A DNA stretch of 35,320 nucleotides from Gonapodya sp. JEL0774 (GCA_027604505.1 JADIIX010000085.1:62001-97320); one strand, 5' to 3'. Numbered from the stretch's first letter, positions 1 through 12,053 are shown. The notes: generated by a model not told the origin, from the letters alone. Numbers and translations are program-made.

Positions 1-9
1 ATATCTCAC

Positions 10-2121
10 ATTGGTGCGATTCCAAACTGGTTTGTATCCAGATTCAACAGTGTGGACCATCCGTCTCGAAAGATCGTGTGAATTTCCACAAAATCACCGG
101 GAGTGAGTTGAACTTCATCAGAAGACGAGGGTGTAAACTGCAAGTTATCTGATTGCATTAATGGAAGTGACATGGTACGGACAATCTCGATCACTCACTC
201 TCCCGCATACCAGATATGGTTGTTGGCTACTAAATGCGACACTTTCTTCATTTTCTTTGTAAAGTGGACCCGCGACTCGCAGGAAGAACCACTGGAATCC
301 AAAGACATGTTACATAATACGGACCGAAATGGGGAGAATAACTCACATGCGGTTGTGGACACGTAAACTGCCCATTGCCATCACAATCCAGTGTAGCTTC
401 CCTGCCATTCACACGATCAGTCACCTGAATAATGCTTCGATCTGTTTCAAACGTGGAACCAGAAAATCGTCGTTGAAGTTGGTCTGACGCTAACGTTTTT
501 GTAAAAGAGAAAGGCCTCAGTGTACTCGAAGGTGTCAGATTTGAATAGTAAGTAAGCCTCTGCTGCGCTGCTAGAGGCAGTGATGGTGAGCCTGGACCGG
601 CCGTTAGATTTGTGAAAGATCCTGTTGGGGAGAATGATTTCAGCCGTGGAAACGTTCCGAATTGACTCGGTGGACTTGAAGGATCTATTAGACGAAGAGT
701 ATCAAGGAGCACAGCGGATTTTAGTGAGGTGTCCACTCCACACTGTCAACGTATCAAGTTCAAATACCTGGAAGTTTGCGCAAACCCTTCTCCCTGACGC
801 GTCGCCTTCTCAAGATCACTGCTCCCCCCAACACCAAGAATCCTGCAACAGCGCTTGCAGATGAGATGGCGATGAGCTTGACGTTGGGTGGAGGTGCTGG
901 TACTGTCGGGATGCTCGCTTTCGGGGAAGAGGTTGATGTGACTGCCGAATACGTAGCAGCGCACGTGGAGTTCGATCCGGTTGCAATAACTTGTGCTATA
1001 CCGGAATTCACAGAAACACAAGACGTTGGGTAGTTCTTGCTGCAAGTAAAAATCCCTCGATTCGAGATGTTGTACGTTAGCCGGCAATCCGTCACGTTGA
1101 GGGGCAATAAACCATCCACATTTCCACTCAGACTGTAAGGGTAAGCACTTGCAGATAAAGATAGTGCGAGCAAGATTATCAAAAGACGGGTTCTCACTTG
1201 TTATCCGCGATCCACAGTGTTTGTAGCTTGTTAAGCCGCGTCAAATTGGAAAGAGTGGTGAAATTGTTGCTACAGAGTCTCATGGAGTTGATACGAGTGA
1301 GGTTCTGTGCAAAATCCAAACTCCCAGAGAATTGATTGTGTTGAAGTGACAGCTGGAGGAGAGAGGACGGCAGGGGCGGAACAGGCCCACGGAGCACATT
1401 GCCATTAAGGAGGAGGTAAGTGAGATTTGAGAGGTTTGACAAATCAGGAAGAGTGCCTGAGATTGAATTCGTGGAAAGATCAAGCCGGGTTATTGCTGTC
1501 AATCCTCGAATCAGTGGAGGGATTGGACCTGCCCGCACGACACCAAACCAAATCACTTTCTGTACATGCAGATTTGTCCCATCACTTTTGATTCCAATTA
1601 TATTCACCTTTTAAACTTGCATTCGATATGATTGCGCTGGTAACGCGACCAGCACTACAAGTGATGATGGCGGGAGCATGACTCCCACAACATAGAGTCT
1701 TATTCCACGGAAAGCTTAAATTTGATTGGGTATAAAGAGTCTGTGTAGGATTGAATGTCATAGTGAGTAACTTTATGACTTAACCCCAGGACAGTTCACA
1801 TATGTAGGCATGGTCGAAAAACAAACAACTTTGTCCTGTAGCGAGAGAGCAATTGAATCGGGGCTGAAACTCGTGTCTGGCGTTCATGGTATAGATTGTG
1901 ATTTCCGGGGTACTTTCCACATCACGGAACAACAAGGAGAATCGGAGGACCGACAGTAACAAACCCACCTCAAAGACGGCGCATTCCGCCAGTTGATCTT
2001 GCGCCAGCACTCCCGTTGTACAAACGAGGAGAAAACAGACGATCACTGACCATCCGAAGGGACCGCGCGGTTGGTTCTTGATTTGCAACCATCTGATTTC
2101 TCTGGTACAGGCCAGCTCCAT
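10..2121 (-). CDS. LRR receptor-like membrane protein (signal peptide, plant-type LRRs, TM helix, cytoplasmic SH3 domain); multi-exon, 3' end probably runs off the window
   Basis: Spliced model: hydrophobic leader (WSVIVCFLLVCTTGVLAQ); Cys cap exon 1740-1608 (WNKTLCC...ITCSAGRVTSAII); LRRs with plant consensus (LTAITRLDLSTNSISGTLP, LTYLLLNGNVLRGPVP, LSLQHNQFSGSL); TM IAISSASAVAGFLVLGGAVIL followed by RRRR; SH3-like FTPSSSDEVQLTPGDFVEIHTIFRDGW...GIAP. GT-AG introns seen at about 1968-1741, 1197-1133, 767-685, and a donor at 9. Confidence 0.85.
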
Positions 2122-3326
2122 GAAAGTATCATTTTCGGCGAGCATGCACACCACAAAAGGAACTGGAGGATGGAGAAGTGAGTGAGATGAATTGGGTAAG
2201 TCCGCGGCTCGCCAGAAGGGACCGAGGAGCTCACTAACACCGCGCTTTTTGCCAAATCTGGCAATATTTGTAACTCGAATATGAATTCACATTCCTAATT
2301 CTTACAGCTTCAATTTCATTCTAGATTTCCCTCCCCTACCTCCAAATTAAAGAATCATCATGAAGAACTCCATTCAAACTTCACATTCTACATAATCTCC
2401 ACTTACGCCTTTTCGCCCTTTGCGTCCGCTTCCGTCAATGCCTCCTCGAACAACGTGAGAGCACGTCGCGCGAATTCCTCCATGTTGCCTGCACGGTCCT
2501 CCATACCTGTTTGAATGGTCACCGACTTTGGTGTTGGTCCCACGATTGAAATAACAGTCAAACCAGCAGGGCGAGAAGCCCCAAAGCCTAGATATTTTTT
2601 TGAGTGCGTTGATTTTTATATTCATCCAAAAAAAAAAAAAAGAAACATCAGGAGTAGTTGATTCACCAACCTTTCGGGCCTGCAATGCCTGACTCGCCGA
2701 TGCACCAGGTCGCGTCAAGTTGCTTGCGTACACTCTGAGCTGTGACTTCCATCAATTCAGGAGTGGTACCCTTGGCGATGATATATTTGTTCGTCAAATC
2801 GAACATCACTCGATGAAATCACAGACCTTACCTTGTAGTTCTTCGCCATTTCATCTGTCCAAGACGCCCAACTCTTTCGACTCGGCAAGGTGTACAGTAC
2901 CGCACCTCCGCGATAATATGCGGATGCCCCGGCAACGGAAAGAAGAGCCGCAGAAAGAAGTCTGATGGAGATTCCAAACGAGTTTCATCAGTTTTACTGT
3001 TCCTTCCCTTGCATCATGCATCCTCGACGCACCCTCCTGTTGTCTTTAGCGCCGATTGCAAGATGAAAGTAGCAATCAGTGATTGTGCCGTTTCGTAATG
3101 CTCGTCGGATCGGTTCGGCTTACACTTTCCGCAACAGCTACTGTCTCTTTCCGCGCGATAAGTTTCTGTGCAATCTTTTGGAGCAAGGGCTCGAAATCTG
3201 CTGGTAACCAGGTCATCGTGAGAGTTGTGGAATAAGTGAAAATGTAACAGGCAGTGCGAGCCAGCCATCAACAACCCTAATGAGCAGCGCAGCCATAATT
3301 CCGATACTCCAGAAGAAAATGTGAAT

Positions 3327-5039
3327 TCAATCAATTAGTCCTGTTACATTTTCCATTTCTCTACCACATGCCTCGCAAACCCACGCTTCGTCCTTATTTT
3401 GTTCGCTCATTAGCGTAAATCGTTGGGGAATCCATCGCCCCGCGCACGCAACTCCGCTCGGGTCACACAGTCCCATAACAAGCGCCGTCTCCACTGCACT
3501 TTGCATCGTCTCACTGGCTATCTCTGCCACACACCGAGCACAGCCGCAGTCGAAAAGAAACCACCGGGAAAGTTCCCTACGACGATCCTCGGCTGCCCGT
3601 CGAGCTTCGGTAGAAGGGACGAGGTGTGCAGGAGCTGTGTAGGATATACAAACCTCTTCACCGGCCAAGATAGGTATGAGCGGATGGGCGAAGAATAGCA
3701 TACGTGGAGTACGTTCCAAGGGAGTTGGGTTTGACGACAATGCCCACGGCGAGGGGGAGGATAAGTGAACAGCGTTGGGCGAGCACGAGTGATTGAAGAA
3801 TGCAGCTGTGGGATAAATCGCTAGGCCGTATGGGTGCCTGTTTGGTGCTGCCGACGGGCCATCACCTTCAATTGTAAAATGAGGGGAGGTAATGGAGTGC
3901 GTGTACAGGCCAAAAGAATTGCATTCTTCGCGAGCAACAAGAAGGAGGTACGGATCCTAAAGTTGCCAATTCAAAAGTGAAACTTCAGTAAAATTCCCGT
4001 TCTGCCCGCCATGGCGCAGCATTCCTTTCAAGCCATTGTCGTTTGCGGTTATTCTTACCTGATCCCATTCCTGCTGGTCCCCAAAAACATCTCGCTGATC
4101 CAGCCCAAGACTCTCAGCAAATTCTCTCATTTTCGAAGCAACAGTTCGAAACTCCTTCTCCACTCTTTCTTTTGGAAAGTTGTCGAGGTTGGCGGTCATG
4201 GTAATCATGTCGGACCACTGTGGCACACTAATCGGCAGTGCAGTGTGATCTCCTGAAGCGTCATTTACCCATTTTGGCGTGGAGATATTACGAACTTCTT
4301 TATAGCGCGCTATGAGAACTCGCAACAGGAGACGGAGGTAGTCAAGAACGTATGGATCCATCGCTGGAACATCGAGAGTGCCATCCGGAAGAGGCCCTAC
4401 TCTCTTTGGCAGAGTATTTCCATTTGAGCATCCCTGTTCACCCTCATTCGGAAGGAACGTGGCAGGGACTGCCTGAACGAGATTGATATCATCCCCACAA
4501 CCGGGAAGAACCCTTTGCAAAAGGAATTCACACTCGTAAGAGTGAAATGAAGCCCAATCCTGATGAGAACAACGTTGAGAACAGTATGCGACGAAGCCGC
4601 AGTTGTGAGGGCATCCAAAGGGGAGTGGTTGTGGTACAGGCTTGAAGCCGACACCATTCCGATGTAGCACTGTTTCGTCGCCATTGGTGGAATGCTTGGC
4701 AGCTTTTTTTTCGAGATTATTGTTCAAATCTTCGTTGATGACGGTATCAGTGCTTCCCTGGACATTCCCTTCTCCATCCCGCTCCCGAGGGAGTCCGGCG
4801 ATGCCGTCGAGAAGGTAGCTCCCACACACGGGATTCGCACACAAAAATCTCCGTGCACCTGAGTCGACGATGACCGCCCCACCGTAGGCCGTGCAGTCGA
4901 GTAACAGTTCGCCCGGCGCAATGTCTCGCGCCGCAACGAAACAACGGCCCTTGTTTGGTGATACGGACACTCGCAGCGGTGAAGTGTCCAAGTTAACCAG
5001 CGAAGTCTCAAATGCGATATGAGACTTCGTGTCCGGCAT
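3327..5039 (-). CDS. SMYD-like SET and MYND domain lysine methyltransferase
   Basis: N-SET KGRCFVAARDIAPGELLL; MYND-like CPHNCGFVAYCSQRCSHQDWASFHSYEC; after an intron (about 4058-3957) EECNSFGL...GLAIYPTAAFFNHSCSPN; GEEVCISY; post-SET FDCGCARC. Confidence 0.9.
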
Positions 5040-5245
5040 CGTGAAATAATTGAAGACCCAATGATACGATGTTGTGTACATCTCGTTTGTGAATCCAGGG
5101 CCAGGCACTCCCGGCCGCAGCCGCGACCACCAGCAGCCCGACGCATTACAGCAGTACTGATGCATTGTACACATGTATATACATTTTATTCCAGATACTT
5201 GTCGGCAGTTTCTACTTGCAGGCGACAAATGAATTGTTTTCTTCA

Positions 5246-6713
5246 CTATGATTCAGCGTCCAGCAACACACCACAGTCGGACCAGAACGAATCACCGATC
5301 AAGTCCACGTGCTCCACCGCAATCTCCGCCTTTCGTCGTCCTTTGGCTCTTACAGATTTTTTCCAAAGTAGGATGGAACCCTTCCTAGTCGCAGCGGGAA
5401 GGTCATTGTAATTCAGTCCAAAACCTCGAAACAGGAGCTCATTCTTGAGTGAGGAGTCAGTCTGAGAAAGAAGCTGCTCTGCCTCTGACGGTGTTAGAGA
5501 GCGTGGAGGATCGGGGGGAAATATGAAGGTGAGTTTTGGGGTTGATTGGATGGTTGTGGAGGGGAACTTGAATCCAGGCACGACAGGTTGCGTGACTAGC
5601 AGGTGGTAACAAGTGTTGTAAAGAGCGTTTATATGTGTATCAACCTGTGAAATCGGGTGGAGCGGAACTCTATGAGTCCACAAACGACAGCAATCTAAAT
5701 AAGGAAATGTGAAAGCTGACATCAACATACCTGCCTCCATCGGAAGTAGTCTTGAACCTCTTTCATTGTTGGATACGTCACGGCACGTGCGTCGAATGAA
5801 GGAGGGTACAGAGGCCGAGGAGGAACCACGGAGTCGGGATTGACGACGAGATTCACAAACGGCTTCCGATGCACATTCTGAGGTGCCTGGTTGTCAGAGG
5901 AAGCGAAGAGGAAACCGCCGTTGCTAGCACCTGCAGGCTGGTTGGTTAATAATTTCGTTACTGTTTTCAACGAGAGATACGAATCCACCATCGTCGTTCA
6001 CCTTGGATGGAAATTCCTGTTCTGTTCCGTCCGTCCCACAATTCGGTCCAATGACGCCCACCTCCCCTCCATTGCACTGCTCACCGAGTCCAGTTCCGAA
6101 AATTCGATCCCATCTCCAAATGTATTGGGCAGTGAATACGGAAACAATCGTTGAGACGATTTTGCCCGAGCGGCGATTGTACAGGTCCGTTGTGCGGCGA
6201 ATGAGGAAGGAGAATTCATCGGACTGAGCAGAGCAAACAAGAGATGGCATATTCATTAGATTAAACTCAACTGAAGATTGAAAACAAACGGGGCAGACCG
6301 TGCAAAGTTGCGGCGCGAGGTCTCACACCAGCTCTTGTTTAATGTGATGTCGTTATTCTAGACGAATACTATCTGGGGCAGACTATGTTGACCCAACTAG
6401 TAATCCGGGATTCGCGACTTCATCCGTTTGAGATTCTTTCTCTTTGGCAGCAGTTTGCCCGAACAGCGCAATCAACGATCACACCTACCTCCCCAAACGC
6501 CAGGATAACTTCTCCCGAAAACTCTCTCATAACACCCTCCGCAGCCTCGTTCATGAGTCTGATTCCTCGCAGGTCGAGGGGCTTCGTGAACCCGTGCTTT
6601 TTCGTGAATGGCCCAAATCCCCGTCCATCAACCCGGACAACGATCCAGAGGTTCGGAAGGATGGGATCGGGAAGCTCAAAGGAGCGCACATACTCATATT
6701 TGGACTTGGCCAT
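5246..6713 (-). CDS. THG1: tRNA(His) guanylyltransferase (3'-5' polymerase)
   Basis: MAKSKYEYVRSFE, VVRVDGRGF, AFGE|SDEFSF (intron 6488-6224), YNRRSGKI, PPSFDAR, DYFRWRQ|VDTHINALYN, KNELLF, RKGSILLW, HVDLIGDSFW: all hallmark Thg1 motifs in order. Confidence 0.96.
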
Positions 6714-6775
6714 GGCCCGGATGGGTGGGTGTGTTTGGACAGGAATTCTATGATACGTGATACCTTCGGCCAATC

Positions 6776-8468
6776 TCATTTCGCAGGCTTCCCACCCTTC
6801 TTCGCTTCCCCGCTCTCCGTTCCCTTCTTATCTCGCTTGTCTTTCGATTCATTTGTTTCGCTATTCAAGGAACTCCCTTTTGCACCTCCCACGAGTTCTG
6901 CAATCTTCTCAAATTTTGCATTCACCTCGGCAACCTTAACTTCTGTCGCACGATCAAGATGGGCTGTTAAAGAAGGGATGGCAACCTCTCGTACGAGAAC
7001 CGACAAATGGGGAAGAAGAGAGGTTGTGAGAGAGGGATGGAAAAGTATTGGTGCGTCGTCTGTTATTGTGATCGGCGAAGGATGAGTGTCGATGGAAGAA
7101 GCAGTCCCTGTGTTCAGTGGGAGCGCGGGAAGTGGTGGCAAGGAGAACGCTGGCAATGGGGTTGGTGTGGCGGCAGACGCAAGTAGTGCGACAGCGCCTG
7201 AGGTGAGAGACAAGCAAAATTGCGTCAATATCTCTGTCAAAACGAAGCAATTGAATCAAACTTACGTTGCGCGACAGCTTCAGGGCCCCACATCCGCTCT
7301 TGCTCCGCTAAACGTTGGGTCATTTCGTCCTTCTCCTTCTGCTCCCTCATCAGACGTTGCTTCTCCTTCAACTTGGTAGCATATTCTTCCTCTTGTGCAC
7401 GGAGTTTCGCGGCCCAATCGTCTTGCGTATAACTAGTGGCGAGTGGTGGAAGTTTTGGGGGTACGTATAAATCAAGAGAAATGGATAATTGTTCTAAAGG
7501 TGGTGGAGAGTTAAACGCGGCAGAATACAGTGTATGGTGTGCGATGTAGCTGCAGATAAAGAGAAGCTGTTTGTGCTGACGCCGAGTGCGGTCCGTAAAT
7601 GATATGTCCACCTTGATGTAAAATAATCCGCAAGCTCCTGAACATCTCGAGAAGTAAACGTTACACGGGAGCCTTCACCATCATTAGCGCCTCCCAGCGG
7701 TGGCGTTTGCATGGTTTCAAGCATCGCATTGCGAAGTATGTTCAGAATCGCGAGTTTGTCATCCACGATTGCGTCCACCGCAGTCATCAGAGGAGACTGA
7801 AATTTGCGAAGCCGAACGTAATCTGACAAGAAGAATAGCATTCGACACTACCACATCTTCCAGAACGGAGATTGAAAGCTCACTCACGTCCAAAGGTGTC
7901 ATGGACCCTCCCGACAACCCCAATCCATGCCACACAACGAGAAACGTCTGCTCCTCTTTCGAATGCGGCAGCAAAGTTATCAAACAGAAGGCGGGAGTAT
8001 ATTTCTTGGCGCATCATTGAAATTTCCTGGGCGAACGGGATTTGAACAGGAACTGAGACACCATTGTTGGAAGCGTTTGGTTCAAAATCCGGAGCTTTGG
8101 CAACGAAAAATGATCGCTTCCGACAGCTTGCAAGACTGGAAGCGCTTAAATGCAGAGCATTCGCGAATACAGTGCTTTCAACAAGTCGTGTTAGCCTTCG
8201 GCGTTGGTGACACTTCGCACCAAACCCAGACTCACAAAGCCTCGCCATCACTCCCTCGTTCCAACAGACTGAATACTTCTCTAGCAGCCCGTATCCTTAA
8301 TCTACCCGCTACCGGAAGATCGTCGCTTTCGTTGAGTTTTGAGAAAGTTGGAGCTCGTGAAAGAACCGCTTCCGGAGCTTCGGATGCTTCCACGGATTTC
8401 TTTCCAGTAGCAGAGCTGATGGCGCTTTGCTTTAAAGCAGCCGTGGTTTTCTTTGGGGATGTCATCAT
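6776..8468 (-). CDS. CLAMP / flagellar central-pair C1a-32 domain protein (C8orf74/CFAP119/CABCOCO1-like)
   Basis: Spliced exons give RQEIYSRLLFDNFAAAFERG...WIGVVGRVH, TPP...FTSRDVQELADYFTS|SYIAHHTLYSAAF (fits the CLAMP pattern F..DV..I.DY...Y..H..LY..F), then a coiled coil and a basic C-terminus (KKGGKPAK). Internal exon boundaries partly uncertain. Confidence 0.7.
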
Positions 8469-8566
8469 TGAATGGAATAGATTCACATGTGCAGTGGTCA
8501 TCCACAGGTTGAGGTTCCTCTGATCTCGTGGTAAATATTTCTCTTCCCCACACATCAACCTTTCAA

Positions 8567-10708
8567 ATGACACCCTTGGGTGATGGCCTCCCCGCATTTA
8601 TCTCGTGGTTTGAATCTGTTTGTGACCAATGTCCAGGCCCGATGCCAGCCCTGCCATTTGCAGTTGAACCGAAGTGGGACGATGTACGGGGTTTCTGCCT
8701 CATCGCCTTGAGGGACATCGTGAAAGGTACTGCTGCATTTGCAGTGCCGGAAGATGTGATTATGTCGGTTTCAAGAGCGCGAGAGGACTTGCAGTTTGGC
8801 GCTGTTTTGAGGAGGTTAGATGATGCAAAAATAGCAACAGAAGCCGAAGTGGGGCACGTCGAAAACGGCAATGACGGTGCGGATGTCTTGGAGAATAAGG
8901 GAAACGATCTTGTTTTCGAAGAACTTATTGGGGACAAACCTGGGTTCGATGGAGAACGGGATAGCGATCTTTTTAATCAATCTGAAGACGACGGCTTGGT
9001 TCTGTTCCTGCTTTTTGAGTCCCTCAAAGCTCGAATACATGGATCTTTTCACAGAAGAGCCGCACTTCCCACTCCCCTGCCACCCAGTTTGTCATCACTG
9101 GAGGATTCTTTTTGGCGACCGTACTTTGGAATTCTCCCCAGTTCCTTTCCAACCTCACCGATCTACTGGTCTGATGAGCAGCTTGAACAACGCCTTGCAG
9201 GAAGCCCGTTGCTCTGGCAGGCTCGAGCGGTCGTGGAGAACCTCAGGGATAACTGGAAGGCAGCGCGTCAGTTGATTGAAGACGTTCTTGGCGAAGAGAT
9301 AGCAAAGGTTGGATATGGATGGGATGAATTTCTTTGGGCGGTGAGTAATCATGACGGAGCTGCTCTTCTTCAGTAATGACAGAACGGTTTTACGAGGACA
9401 TTGATCATGGAGCTCATCATCAAGTCCTTCAGGCAGAGCATGGGTTGTCAGCTGCAGATCAATGGCATTTCTGAACGACCTTTCTCGCATGAAGGATTAC
9501 GTCCCTCACAATGTCTGTTCTCCCGCAGTACATGGTGGTTCAAACCCGGGGCTACAAAGTCACACAGAATAATGGATCCACCTTGTCTACTTCGAACGTT
9601 GGTGGTACGTATACTACCCCAATTGATTTTTCAGGTCAGGACATGTTCCTGTGCCTAATGCCTTTTGCTGACTTCGCAAGTAAGTTTCTGTTTACGGATT
9701 CCGATAGCTCTAGAGGCACAAGTCTATGAACCAGTGCTCTTTTATGATAGACCACTCCCCGACATCTGCCACCGCTACTGTGGGCGAAATATGTCGCATC
9801 GAAACACTCGAACCCTCAATATCCGACGATTTTTCGTTGCCACGCGCGAAGAGGCGTCGCACATCGCTTTTGGGTGCGGGTGTGAATGAGAGTGGAAGGC
9901 CTGGCATTGTTAAAGCTGTCGCGAAAGAGGATAAGATGAAGGGGGAGGAAGTGGTGATTCATTACAATGACTTGGCTGTGAGTTGCATCTTGGAATTGAT
10001 ACACACCAGTCCGGTTGCTCAATTTGGGTGCCGTTTCAGAACTGGCAACTCCTTCTTTACTATGGGTTTTCAATCCCCAACAATCCATTCGACCGCGTCA
10101 ATGTAGAGCTGGATGTGGATTTCTTTTTTTCGTCACCTACTAACCCTGGTGACTTGGATGAGCTTGACGATAACGAGAGTCCCCAGGAACAAGATCCCAA
10201 AAAACTTTTACTCTTCCACATCGCACTGGACTCTCAATCGTGGTGTCAAGTGGACCACTCTCTCGGCCCTCTTGCCGGAGCTGGCTTGGAAACAGAATTG
10301 ACACATCACGTCAGTCCAGTTCCTGACTCTCTCGTGGCCACGTTGAGGCTTCTCGTGGCTACTCCCGAGGAACTGGAAGACGTGACAGTAGAAACATTGG
10401 AGAGGTTTGCTACAGGCGCAATCTCGTCTCGCAATGAACTGGCGACTGTTGATGCAATTGAGGCTCTTGTGGGGGCTGTGCAGGGAGGATACACTGAAAC
10501 CAGGGGTACCTCACTGGAGTACGAGCAGATTTCCTTGACCAACGCAATTGATAGAGCCAATAATGGGAAGTGGGAAGCAGAATTAGCTTCGGAGGTTTAT
10601 GCACTTCATTACGTCGTGGGACAGAGAGCCATATGCGCAGAGGTTCAAGAGTGGGTATCCAGAAGGCGGGACGAGATTGCTATGGGAACGCCGAAAGAGC
10701 CTATGTAG
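8567..10708 (+). CDS. Rubisco-LSMT/SETD3/SETD4-like SET-domain methyltransferase
   Basis: RGFCLIALRDIVKG, SFWRPYFGILP, FLWA|YMVVQTRG (intron 9341-9528), LMPFADFA|NHSP (intron 9680-9750), GEEVVIHY...|NWQLLLYYGFSIPNNPFDRV, followed by a helical substrate-binding-type domain. Confidence 0.9.
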
Positions 10709-10746
10709 ATGAGCAAAACAATACATCATGTGGCTTATTTACATTG

Positions 10747-12053
10747 TCACGACAAACTATCAGCCGTCAGCACCGTGAGCTTATTCTTGAGACCTTCATA
10801 CCTCACTTTCCACCGATCCCTTTCTGCCTCCACCTCCTCTCGAAGCGTCACTTCATTTATCGCCTTTTCCACGGCTTCTTCATGCCTTTTTCTGGCCAGG
10901 GCCAGATCACGTTCAAGATTCTCCCTCGTGTTCCTGACTTCGGACAAGCTCTCTAGCTCCAACCGCAGCGTCTCCGTCGCCTTTTTCTCATTCTTCAATT
11001 GCTCCAGGGCATCTGTGAGGTCTGCCATCGCAGTTTTCGCATTGTTATCAGATACTTCCAAGTCCTTTCGGAGGTCCTCCAGCTCCCTGCTCATGCGCAC
11101 CCTCTCAGCTTCAGAACTAGCAAGACGATGTAGAGAAAGATCCCGCTCAGCGATGACAAGGACGTGGGTGCGGTCAATATCACTGGCGTAGTCGCCGACA
11201 GTACGAATAAGGTCCTGGAGGACACTTGTTAATGGAACACGCACTTGTTGTGCAGGAGGAGACACAACCGAGCCCATTGTAAGGGGGTCGTGGTCGGTAC
11301 TATCGTGGTAACCCGGGCCAGTGGGCGACCGTTGTGGGGTGGCATAAGGCGTCGAGACTTCGTTAGAAAGTTGGGGTACAGAGGTTTCGTGGGACGGGTT
11401 AGAAGAGTCTGGCGGATTCCCAGTCGCGGTAGGGGTCTGAGGTGCAGAATCTCGAGACTTTGAAGCTGGTTGCCGACCACGTCGGCGTGTCGGGGGTGTC
11501 TCCGTGTCGTCCTGAGGTGAAAAGCGCCATTTGATTCAGCCTGACAACTTTTCACAGCCACATGTGCTATCTTAGAGAATCAAAGAGGGTAACCTCCGGT
11601 GCTCTCAAACCTCCCCTAGGATCCAATGTGAATAAATCTCCACAGGGAACACAACACCTCTCATTTTAATCGCGCGATTGAAACTTCACTTTCACTTTCG
11701 CTGTTCACTTTTAAAGTGACTTAACTCACCTGAGAATCCTCCTGTCTCTTCTTCCTCCTTTTAGTTTGGTATGCTTTCAGTTCCAACGGAAGGTCCCCTC
11801 CTCCCGATCCTTGTTTCCCGACCCTCCCACGCTTTTTACCCGCTGAATTCGTCGAGCCAACGAACCTGGGTGGCATCGCAATTGGATCTGGCATGGTAAG
11901 CTCGTCTTCTTCGGTGTCATCATCCATCTGAATTTGATTTCCAGTGACGGGATGGGAGCTCTGAGATTCAGCGCGAGCGATCCCGGCCTCAAGAACCAGA
12001 ATATCGGTGGATACTGCAGTGGTGGAGGAAGAGCTACCGCGTTTGTTGATCAT
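10747..12053 (-). CDS. Hypothetical protein: disordered basic N-terminus with NLS-like motifs and a C-terminal coiled coil
   Basis: Exon 12053-11730 (KRRKKR, ends at a GTGAGT donor) can splice in phase to an exon starting near 11511 (DDTETPPTRRRGRQP...) that is continuous with the heptad-rich ORF 10747-11277. Start codon uncertain. Confidence 0.7.

Noticed and set aside
760..1197. Standalone 145-aa ORF with an apparent signal peptide (MRTRLLIILLALSLSASA)
   Set aside because: The apparent leader is the translation of an intron (GTGAGA...TTACAG) of the LRR-TM-SH3 gene.
2200..3320. Short ORFs (2374-2733, 2720-2965, 3014-3334)
   Set aside because: No recognisable motifs or consistent splice pattern; treated as UTR or promoter DNA.
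6444..7085. Long antisense ORFs opposite real genes (also 7927-8523, 12977-13585, 16773-17471)
   Set aside because: Shadow ORFs of coding sequence on the other strand, with no domain features.
8520..8536. RFX X-box upstream of the flagellar gene
   Set aside because: GATCTCGTGGTAAA has too many mismatches to the X-box consensus to support a call.
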